64,000 nucleotides of DNA from Longimicrobiales bacterium (GTDB lineage Bacteria; Gemmatimonadota; Gemmatimonadetes; Longimicrobiales; Gaopeijiaceae). Both the position numbers and the translations under genes were made by a program. Below are positions 56,858 to 64,000 of this stretch, in pieces. The stretch is from positions 1,024,001-1,088,000 of the forward strand of contig CAXXKM010000002.1 in assembly GCA_963664435.2 (NCBI GenBank), read 5' to 3'. Numbering within the stretch: position 1 is the first letter of the stretch; each line of letters opens with the position of its first letter. Under the pieces are notes generated by a model. The model made no database searches, had not been told where the DNA came from, and saw only the letters and a program-made list of their open reading frames with translations.

Positions 56858-58089
56858 CGGTCCACGGGCTGCCGGGACGGCAGCACCGACCGCAGCGCAT
56901 CCCACAGCGCCGTCATATCCGCCTGGTCGTTGTAGGCGTGGGGCGAGATGCGGAGCGCCGTGCCGCGCAACGACACATGGACGTTGCGGGCGGCCAGAGC
57001 TTCGCTCACAGCCCTCGGGTCCAGGCCGGAAGGGGCGTGGAGTCCGAAGAGATGGGAGGCGCGCCAGGGTCCGTCCTCGACCCCGAATCCGGCTTCGTGC
57101 GCCCGCTCGACCAGCTCCGCCGTGAGGTTGCGACAGTACTCGGCGATGCGTGAGGGCGTCCACCCGAGTACGAGCTCGAGCGCGGCGTTCATCATCGGAA
57201 CCAGGATGAAGTTGCTGCGCTCGCCGACGTCGAAGCGGGTCGCACCGGGTTCGTAGCCGTCGGGGTAGTTGCCCGCGAGGCCGGCGAAGTCGCGGCTGCC
57301 CTCGCGGCCGATCCACGTCTCCTCCAGCGGGACGCCGTCCAGAAGGCGCGGTCCGAAGTAGGCCAGGCCGATGGAGTAGGGCCCCATCAGCCACTTGTAG
57401 CCGGAGCAGATGAGCGCGTCGGGCCGGATGCGGGCCACGTCGAAGTCCATGGCCCCGACCGACTGGGTGCCGTCGATGATGAGGTACGCCCCGACTTCCC
57501 GGGCGCGCGCGGCGATCGCATCGATGTCGAAGACGGTGCCGTCGGTCCAGTGGACGGCGCCCATGGTCACGACCGCGGTGTCGGCGTCGATGGCCTCGAG
57601 GATGCGGGTGCTCCACCGCTCGCCGCAGCCGGGACCAGGACGCGCATCGACAACCCGCAACGCCGCCCCACGCTCACGGGCGAGCCGTCGCCAGCTGTGG
57701 ACGTTTCCGGGGAACTGCCGCGCGGTGAGCACGATGTTGGCGCCGCGGCGCGCGTCGATGTTGCGGGCGCAGGTCGCCACCCCGTACGAAGCCGCGGGAA
57801 TGATGGCGATGTGGTCGGCGGGAGCGTTGACCAGGCGGCCGAAACGGCGGCGCAGCTCGTCGCAGGGGTCGAAGAAATCCGCGGGCGTGATCCCGCTGGG
57901 CGCGCACTTGGCGCGAATGCCCCGGATGCCGGCTTCCTCGACCGCGCGCGCGAGGGGACTCAGGTACGCGCAGTTGATGTAGTGGATGCCCGGGTCGAGG
58001 GAGAAGGCGGACTTCTGGCAGGCGAGTGGGGTCATGGGGCGTGTGATTGGGTCACCGGGGGTTCCGCGCATTGGCTGACCGGATGACAT
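56854..58089 (-). CDS. Class V PLP-dependent aminotransferase
   Basis: YINCAYLSP, DGTQSVG, SGYKWLMGP and LRISPHAYN; start may be 58035. Confidence 0.9.
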   Translation of the reverse strand: MSSGQPMRGTPGDPITRPMTPLACQKSAFSLDPGIHYINCAYLSPLARAVEEAGIRGIRAKCAPSGITPADFFDPCDELRRRFGRLVNAPADHIAIIPAASYGVATCARNIDARRGANIVLTARQFPGNVHSWRRLARERGAALRVVDARPGPGCGERWSTRILEAIDADTAVVTMGAVHWTDGTVFDIDAIAARAREVGAYLIIDGTQSVGAMDFDVARIRPDALICSGYKWLMGPYSIGLAYFGPRLLDGVPLEETWIGREGSRDFAGLAGNYPDGYEPGATRFDVGERSNFILVPMMNAALELVLGWTPSRIAEYCRNLTAELVERAHEAGFGVEDGPWRASHLFGLHAPSGLDPRAVSEALAARNVHVSLRGTALRISPHAYNDQADMTALWDALRSVLPSRQPVDR

Positions 58090-58330
58090 GTGTGCCGTTC
58101 AGGGCCACCAATTGTAAGGCACCCCGGTCGGTTGGCATACGCCCGGCCGTTGAAGCTTCGACAGCCCGTGGGAAGGAACCTCCTGCGTTCCCCTGACGGC
58201 CCGGGTCGCGACCCGGTTCGGCATCCGGTATTGTGACCGGGCGTTCCCGGGCCGCTGCCCGGCCGGTCCGCCCTGGCCGGGACACGTCACGCGCCCATCA
58301 CACGTCGCCCATCGGCAGAGGCTCCCCTCC

Positions 58331-60004
58331 ATGGACATCGCGCGCGCTCCCCTGGCCCTTCTCTCCCTCTTCCTTCTGACGACCAGCCCGCTGCGGGTGT
58401 CGGCCCAGACCGACCCGGGTCCCTACGACATCCTGATCACGGGGGGACGCATCGTGGACGGCACCGGCAACCCGTGGTTCTCGGGAGACGTGGCCATCCG
58501 CGACGACCGCATCGTGGCGGTGGGGCACCTTGCCGATGCGGACGCAAACAGGGTCATCGACGCGACCGGACTCGTCGTCGCGCCCGGGTTCATTGACCTG
58601 CACACCCATTCGGACGGACGGCTGCTGGATGACGGCACGGCGCAGAGCAAGGTGCGTCAGGGGGTGACGCTGGATGTGGCCGGGGAGTCGAGCAGCCAGG
58701 CGCCACGCGATGGGCTGGACGCTGCAGGCGGCGGAGGCTGGACCACCTTCACCGGGTATTTCGAGCGACTCGAGGAAGGCGGCATCTCGATGAACCTCAT
58801 TTCCCACGTCTCCTACCATCAGATACGCCGCGTGGTGAAGGGCTTCGACGAGAGCCCGGCGACCCCCGCCGAGCTGGAGCGCATGAAGGAGCTGACCGCC
58901 CGGTCGATGGAGGAAGGGGCCTGGGGCCTCGTGACCCGCTTCGGAAGCGGCGGTCCCCGTCATCCCGACGAGGTGCTGGAGGTGGCCCGGATCGTGGCCT
59001 CGTACGGGGGCAACTATACGTCGCATCACGGCAGCGAGGGCTACCAGCAGGAGCAGGAGATCGATTTCGCCATCCGCGTGGCCGAGGAAGTCGGCATCCC
59101 GGTCCATCTGTTCCACTTCAAGATCCGGGCGCGGAACAACTGGGGCACCATCGATCGCTACATCGATCAGATCGCCCGGGCTCGCGCCCGGGGTCTCGAC
59201 ATCACGGCGAACCAGTACCCGTACACGGCCATGTTCCACGGGTGGAGTTCCTTCTTTCCGCTCTGGGTCCGGGAGGGCGGGCCCGACGCGTTCGCCCGCC
59301 GCCTCCGCGACGAGTCACTCAGGGAGCGGATCAAGAACGACGCCGACTTCATCGCCTGGGCCGAAGAGCACGGCTGGTGGGAGGGCATCGTGCTCGCCCG
59401 GGCGAGCCTGCCCGAGGTTCGCCGCTACGAGGGCATGCGCGTGGCCGAGATCGCCGAGTCGCTGGGCGTGGACGACCCCGCCGACCTGGTGATCGACCTG
59501 ATGGCGGCCGAGGGCGGCAGCATCAGCGGCGTCTTCCACACCATGTCGGAGGAGGATGTGCGCCAGATCATGCGGCAGCCCTGGGTGGCCCACGCCAGTG
59601 ATGGATCGGCCATCAACCTGGACGCCCCCGGCATCCCCCATCCACGCAACTACGGAACGGTCCCGCGGGTGCTCGGCCACTACGTTCGCGACGAGGGCGT
59701 GCTCGATCTGGAAGATGCCGTCCGCAAGATGACCTCGCTGCCGGCGCAGATCCTGGGGATTGCCGACCGCGGCCAGGTGCGGACGGGCTTCGTCGCCGAT
59801 GTCACCCTGTTCGACCCGGACGGGATCGCCGAGACGAACTCGTTCGAGAACCCCAAGTCCTATCCGGTGGGGATTCCCTACGTGATCGTCAACGGGACCC
59901 TGGTGATCGACGGGGGCGAGCACACGGGAGCGCGGCCGGGAAGGGCTCTTCGCGGGAGGGGCTTTCGGCCGGGAGGACCTGTGAGCGATGGGGCGGGGGG
60001 GTGA
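58331..60004 (+). CDS. Exported D-aminoacylase-family amidohydrolase
   Basis: Signal peptide; YDILITGGRIVDGTG, PGFIDLHTH, ASDG, HPRNYGT and AVRKMTSLPA. Confidence 0.9.
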   Translation: MDIARAPLALLSLFLLTTSPLRVSAQTDPGPYDILITGGRIVDGTGNPWFSGDVAIRDDRIVAVGHLADADANRVIDATGLVVAPGFIDLHTHSDGRLLDDGTAQSKVRQGVTLDVAGESSSQAPRDGLDAAGGGGWTTFTGYFERLEEGGISMNLISHVSYHQIRRVVKGFDESPATPAELERMKELTARSMEEGAWGLVTRFGSGGPRHPDEVLEVARIVASYGGNYTSHHGSEGYQQEQEIDFAIRVAEEVGIPVHLFHFKIRARNNWGTIDRYIDQIARARARGLDITANQYPYTAMFHGWSSFFPLWVREGGPDAFARRLRDESLRERIKNDADFIAWAEEHGWWEGIVLARASLPEVRRYEGMRVAEIAESLGVDDPADLVIDLMAAEGGSISGVFHTMSEEDVRQIMRQPWVAHASDGSAINLDAPGIPHPRNYGTVPRVLGHYVRDEGVLDLEDAVRKMTSLPAQILGIADRGQVRTGFVADVTLFDPDGIAETNSFENPKSYPVGIPYVIVNGTLVIDGGEHTGARPGRALRGRGFRPGGPVSDGAGG

Positions 60005-60080
60005 TGAGAGGGGTCGGTACGGCGCGGGGCTGTTGACGGCTGTTGACGATCTCCAGCCGTGACATCCCCTCAAATGCGAA

Positions 60081-60119
60081 GTGTAGTTGTCATTTGGTCG
60101 GACCAGATGTAAACTACAC
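60081..60119. promoter_or_regulatory. 39-bp imperfect palindrome abutting the ATPase start codon
   Basis: GTGTAGTTGTCATTTGGTC-G-GACCAGATGTAAACTACAC; 16 of 19 positions complementary. Confidence 0.65.
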
Positions 60120-60121
60120 CT

Positions 60122-61327
60122 ATGATTGGGCGTCGCCTGTGGCTTGCGAGAATCCGAGAGGCATGGTCGGAGAGACCTGTCGTCTGGCTGTCCGGTGTGA
60201 GGCGGGTCGGCAAGACCTCGCTTGTCCGGATGGTGCCGGACGTGGTCTACCTGAACTGCGACCTGCCTTCCACCAGGCGTGCTCTGGATGACCCCGAACT
60301 CTTCCTTGAGGGCCAGAAGCCGGGTACGTCGCTTGCGTTCGATGAAGTACACCGCATTGCCGATCCCAGCCTGCTGCTCAAGATCGCCGCCGACGAGTAC
60401 CCGGAGCTTCGAATCCTGGCGACCGGCTCGTCCACGCTTGCCGCGACGGGGAAGTTCCGGGACTCGCTGACCGGACGCAAGCGGGCCATCTACTTGTGTC
60501 CAGTGCTGTGGGAGGAGTGCGAAGAGCCGTTTGGAATCGCGGACCTTGACCGTCGGCTGCTGCACGGTGGACTGCCGGAGTCACTTCTGCGGCGAAGAAA
60601 ATCCCCGCACGCGTTCGCCGAATGGATCGACAGTTTCTACGCCAGGGACATTCTCGAGCTGTTTTCGGTCCGCAATCGCCAGGGCTTTCTCTCGCTGTTC
60701 CGCCTGCTGCTGAGATGGAGTGCCGGGCAGGTCGACTACAGCCGGCTGTCGCGGCTGACGGAGCTGAGTCGACCGACAGTTAAGTCGTACATCGAAGCTC
60801 TTGAGATCGCGCACGCCATTCATCTTCTGCGTCCGTTCCGGGGTGGAGGGGGTGGCGAGATCGTAAGCCGTCCCAAGTGCTACGCATTCGACACGGGTTT
60901 CGTGACCTTCGAGAAGGGTTGGACCCGCGTCCGCGAAGACGACCGCGGCCTGCTGTGGGAGCACCTGGTGCTCGATTCCCTTCGGTTTCGCCACCTGGGC
61001 GAAAACATCTTCTACTGGCGTGACAAGGCGGGACGCGAGGTCGATTTCGTGGTGCGCCGGCAGGAGGGACGCCTGGATACGTTCGAGTGCAAGATCGATC
61101 CGGATGAGGTCGATCCACGCGCGGTCACTGCGTTTCGGCGGCGGTATCCGGAGGGGAGGGACTACGTCGTGGTTCCGGTTGTGAAGCGGCCTTACCGGAT
61201 CCGGCGGGGTGGTCGGGAGTTCGCGGTGTGCGGGACGGGCGGGTTGCCTGGCGGTGGGGTTGGGGACGGTTCCACCGACAGCCTCGACCAAGGAAGGGAG
61301 GCTCTCGGCGACGACCTCAAGTCGTGA
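60122..61327 (+). CDS. AAA_14 ATPase with C-terminal DUF4143 domain
   Basis: GVRRVGKT, AFDEVH, ATGSS, LTGR, HGGLP, HTH-like SRPTVKSY, KCYAFDTG and EVDFV...ECK. Confidence 0.9.
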   Translation: MIGRRLWLARIREAWSERPVVWLSGVRRVGKTSLVRMVPDVVYLNCDLPSTRRALDDPELFLEGQKPGTSLAFDEVHRIADPSLLLKIAADEYPELRILATGSSTLAATGKFRDSLTGRKRAIYLCPVLWEECEEPFGIADLDRRLLHGGLPESLLRRRKSPHAFAEWIDSFYARDILELFSVRNRQGFLSLFRLLLRWSAGQVDYSRLSRLTELSRPTVKSYIEALEIAHAIHLLRPFRGGGGGEIVSRPKCYAFDTGFVTFEKGWTRVREDDRGLLWEHLVLDSLRFRHLGENIFYWRDKAGREVDFVVRRQEGRLDTFECKIDPDEVDPRAVTAFRRRYPEGRDYVVVPVVKRPYRIRRGGREFAVCGTGGLPGGGVGDGSTDSLDQGREALGDDLKS

Positions 61328-61394
61328 TCCAGTTCGGGACCGCTATCGGCTCTCGTTCGGATGGCTTGGCTCGATTGTTCCGGTCGCTGCGGGT

Positions 61395-61580
61395 CTATCT
61401 CCGGTCGTTAGCGGTATCCGATGCGCGACGACGAATAACCTTCAATTCCTTTGCCACCCTTTCGATGATCGCCTTGGCGCGGTCGCTTCCCAGGAGTTCT
61501 CGGGCATCGACTGAGTGACCTCCACCGGGCGTGTGGCGGACCGTCCGTCGTTCGGTCTCTCTCGTGTCGGCGTGGGTCAT
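61395..61580 (-). CDS. Small hypothetical protein downstream of the PIN gene
   Basis: Strong GAGGAGG RBS 6 nt before ATG; 61 aa. Confidence 0.6.
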   Translation of the reverse strand: MTHADTRETERRTVRHTPGGGHSVDARELLGSDRAKAIIERVAKELKVIRRRASDTANDRR

Positions 61581-61608
61581 CGAGTGCCTCCTCGGTTGGC
61601 GCTCAGCT

Positions 61609-62076
61609 TTAGCGAGGCTGTTGGTCGACGTATTCGTATCTCAACCACACGCCGTCCAAGTGCCCAAAATCTCTGTCGGTCGACAGGAGAATCGCACCGG
61701 TGACGTGAGCGGTAGCAGCAATCCACAGGTCGTTCTTCGACATTCGAACCGCTGGTCTCGGAGGAGCTGCTCCCCCCGGGGCGACTACCGGGATTCCGCG
61801 GCTCCACGCGTCAACTTGGGCGTATGCTCTAAGAATGTCAGGATCCTTGATCGGGAGATCGGGGAGTTCCGCGAGTGTCCTTTCAAGGTTGGTTCTCTTC
61901 TTCGGTCCCCAGCCGTTCCGTTCTGCGATGGAGAAGATCTCACCTATGCACACCACGGACGTGAAGGAGATGACCGCGGGATCGCCCAAACTGAACTGGT
62001 CGTATACGCGACGGGCCCAGGAAGCTCCTCGTGCAAGTCCTAGCAGGATATTCGTATCCAGCAGGAAGCGCCGTAT
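61609..62076 (-). CDS. PIN-domain (VapC-like) ribonuclease with non-canonical ATA start, or a start-codon pseudogene
   Basis: Frame reads (I)RRFLLDTNILL...CIGEI...SKNDLWIAATA...LSTDRDF. There is no ATG/GTG/TTG between the in-frame TAG (62091-62089) and the DTN motif. Confidence 0.8.
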   Translation of the reverse strand: MRRFLLDTNILLGLARGASWARRVYDQFSLGDPAVISFTSVVCIGEIFSIAERNGWGPKKRTNLERTLAELPDLPIKDPDILRAYAQVDAWSRGIPVVAPGGAAPPRPAVRMSKNDLWIAATAHVTGAILLSTDRDFGHLDGVWLRYEYVDQQPR

Positions 62077-62127
62077 CGTGGCTGGAGACTAATCCAGTTG
62101 GGCCAGCGGATTTGAGGCAGCCAGAAT

Positions 62128-62185
62128 CACGGCAGAAAATCGTCTAACTGTATACAGGACTGCACGATCTGCGTTTTCTGCCGTG
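62128..62185. repeat. Nested inverted repeat upstream of the PIN gene
   Basis: CACGGCAGAAAA / TTTTCTGCCGTG (12 bp perfect) encloses the palindrome CTGTATACAG. Confidence 0.65.
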
Positions 62186-62385
62186 GTACTGGACATTGCT
62201 GGACCGAGCCGCGAGAGCGGGAAAAGCGGACCTGAATGGCGGGATTCCCGCGCCCGGCCGCCCCTTCGCCGAAGGTACCGGAGAGCCCACCTTGCGCATG
62301 TCTCTATCGGTCGCGTCGTCCAAGATCCGACGCTCCGACCTGCCCGGGTGCTGGCGTGGGAGACCGCAGGACGCACGGCGATTAC

Positions 62386-62417
62386 GGCGATCCCCACCCC
62401 CCGGAGTGGGGATCGCC
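62386..62417 (-). terminator. Hairpin downstream of the porin gene
   Basis: GGCGATCCCCAC / GTGGGGATCGCC perfect 12-bp stem; no U-tract. Confidence 0.45.
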
Positions 62418-62445
62418 TTCATGCCCACCAGCCGTGCAAGGTCGT

Positions 62446-63063
62446 TCAGCCGATGGGTATGACCAAGCCGGCCTGAACGGTCAGGTTCCGGGTCTTGCTA
62501 TCGTCGTCGTCCACCGAGGCGATCCCGAGCGAGTAGAGCGCATCGAGTCCCAGCCGTAGGCTGCCGGACAGAGGCAACTCGATTCCCGCGCCGACGGCCA
62601 GCCCGAAGTCCAGGGTCTTGATGTCGAAGTCCGAGAAGTTGCGATCGTCGCATGGCGCGACGGCGCTCATCCCTTCGAGAGTGCCCTCCACCTCGCATGA
62701 GCGCTTGTAGGCGGCCCAGGGGCCAGCCATCAGGCCGACCGAGACTCCATCGCCGGGCGTGGCGACTCGCGCCAGGGCGGAGAACTGGAGGTAGTCGATG
62801 TTGAGCGTCACGGTGCCGCCTCCGATGGTGCCCCGGCCGCCCTTCTGAGCATACGAGCCGCCGAACCTCAGGCTGAACGCGCCGGAGACGGGAACACCGA
62901 GTTCCACGCCCGCGGCGATACCGGATACGGACTCCTCCTCGACCCCCGCCTCCTCGATGGAGACGGTGGCGAAGCCGACCCCGCCCTTCAGGCCCAGAGT
63001 GGTTTGAGCGGTCGCCGGGGCGGCGATCAGCGTGAAGGCGACCAGAATAAAGATCTTGCGCAT
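62446..63063 (-). CDS. Outer-membrane beta-barrel (porin family) protein
   Basis: Signal ATA-Q; GLKGG, YAQKG, LNIDYLQ, DFGLAVGAG, YSLG and a terminal beta strand. Confidence 0.85.
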   Translation of the reverse strand: MRKIFILVAFTLIAAPATAQTTLGLKGGVGFATVSIEEAGVEEESVSGIAAGVELGVPVSGAFSLRFGGSYAQKGGRGTIGGGTVTLNIDYLQFSALARVATPGDGVSVGLMAGPWAAYKRSCEVEGTLEGMSAVAPCDDRNFSDFDIKTLDFGLAVGAGIELPLSGSLRLGLDALYSLGIASVDDDDSKTRNLTVQAGLVIPIG

Positions 63064-63286
63064 GGCGGTATTCTCCATTGGTTGAGTGTAATGGGTGCCC
63101 GAGGGACCGTAGCGGGTTCCCGCGGATCACCTCTCAACGTAACGTCACCGCCTCGTGGCTGTTGTCGGAACGGAGAAGTTGTCCTTGAGGGTGTTTGGAA
63201 CGGTTCCGCTAGATTACCGGGCCGCCGAGGTCCGGCGGTCCGAGTGACGACACGCGGCCCTACACCTTGCCTGCTTGGAGAACCCG

Positions 63287-64000
63287 ATGTCCCGTCGGAC
63301 ACTTGAGGACATTCCGACGCTTCGCGGGCGCACGGTCGTCGTGACCGGCGGCAACACGGGACTTGGCTTCAGATCCGTCCGCGAGCTGGCCCGGAGGGGC
63401 GCGCGGGTCTTCTTTTCCAGCCGCAGCGCGGCCAAGGCGCAGGCCGCCGCCGGGGTGATTCTGCCCGACCTGCCCGGCGCGAGGGTCGAGGGCTTCGCGA
63501 TGGACCTCACCGATCCGGCCAGCGTCGAGCGTTTCGCCGGACGCGTCGCCTCCCGAACGGACCGCCTCGACATTCTTCTCAACAACGCGGGCGTGGTGAA
63601 TCTCGCCGAACTTGAGCGCACCCCGCTCGGGCACGAAATGCACATGGCCACGAACCACTACGGCCACTTCCTGCTCACGGGACATCTGTTCGGGCTGCTG
63701 GCCGCGACATCGGGCGCGCGGGTGGTCACGGTGACCAGCGGCGCGTACCGGGCGGGCGTCATCGACTTCGACGATCTGGATTGGAGCAGGCGTCCCTACA
63801 GCCGCTCGAAGGCGTACGGCGACAGCAAGCTGGCCAACCTGTTGTTCGCGCGGGAGCTTCAGAGACGGTTCGACGCCGCGGGCGCGGCGGCGCTGTCGCT
63901 CGCGGCCCATCCGGGCCTGACCGGGACGGAGCGCCAGCAGTCGGTCGGCATCGGCGGACGGCTCGCCCGCCTGCTGGCCGCCCCGATCCACGTCGGAGTG
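63287..64000 (+). CDS. Short-chain dehydrogenase/reductase (retinol-DH-like), 3' truncated by the window edge
   Basis: MSRRTLEDIP..VVVTGGNTGLG, LLNNAGV, TNHYGHF, YGDSK (YxxxK) and AHPG; GGAG RBS. Confidence 0.9.
   Translation, partial: MSRRTLEDIPTLRGRTVVVTGGNTGLGFRSVRELARRGARVFFSSRSAAKAQAAAGVILPDLPGARVEGFAMDLTDPASVERFAGRVASRTDRLDILLNNAGVVNLAELERTPLGHEMHMATNHYGHFLLTGHLFGLLAATSGARVVTVTSGAYRAGVIDFDDLDWSRRPYSRSKAYGDSKLANLLFARELQRRFDAAGAAALSLAAHPGLTGTERQQSVGIGGRLARLLAAPIHVGV

Noticed and set aside
62148..62157. CTGTATACAG as a LexA box
   Set aside because: Spacing is CTGT-N2-ACAG, not the N8 of the proteobacterial SOS box.
62089..62397. Upstream in-frame ORF read through TAG (pyrrolysine or readthrough) into the PIN gene
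   Set aside because: The upstream ORF looks non-coding and spans inverted repeats; no pyl genes; a mutated or non-canonical start is simpler.

Overview
GC-rich bacterial chromosome window. The gene content (GWxTD protein, 6-bladed beta-propeller lipoprotein, alternative complex III) is compatible with Gemmatimonadota; this is inference. Respiration and heme genes dominate. There is a complete actABCDEF (alternative complex III) operon at 2-9.6 kb, an orphan luxE/luxC pair, ypdA, ygfZ, lon, ggt, an ETF-QO, an AAA/vWA pair, mutY and a hemA-hemB-hmuY operon. Divergent from hemA lies a ~15.6 kb same-strand cluster (35.1-50.7 kb): ferredoxin, Mrp/ApbC, a Zn-ribbon/PCP_red protein, a membrane protein, a USP-USP-PCP_red x2 protein with Cys-Pro motifs, a radical SAM/SPASM-PCP_red enzyme, a CydA-like protein with no Q-loop and no cydB, three c-type cytochromes, a Met-rich cupredoxin lipoprotein and an A1-type heme-copper oxidase (coxBACD). 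This hybrid bd-like/heme-copper cluster, with a PCP_red-tagged putative cofactor-maturation module, is the best candidate for an undescribed system. The right end holds housekeeping genes and a small accessory patch (AAA_14/DUF4143 ATPase, PIN toxin with a non-canonical start). I recognised no rRNA, tRNA, CRISPR array or transposase. All family calls come from reading motifs by eye, not from database searches.
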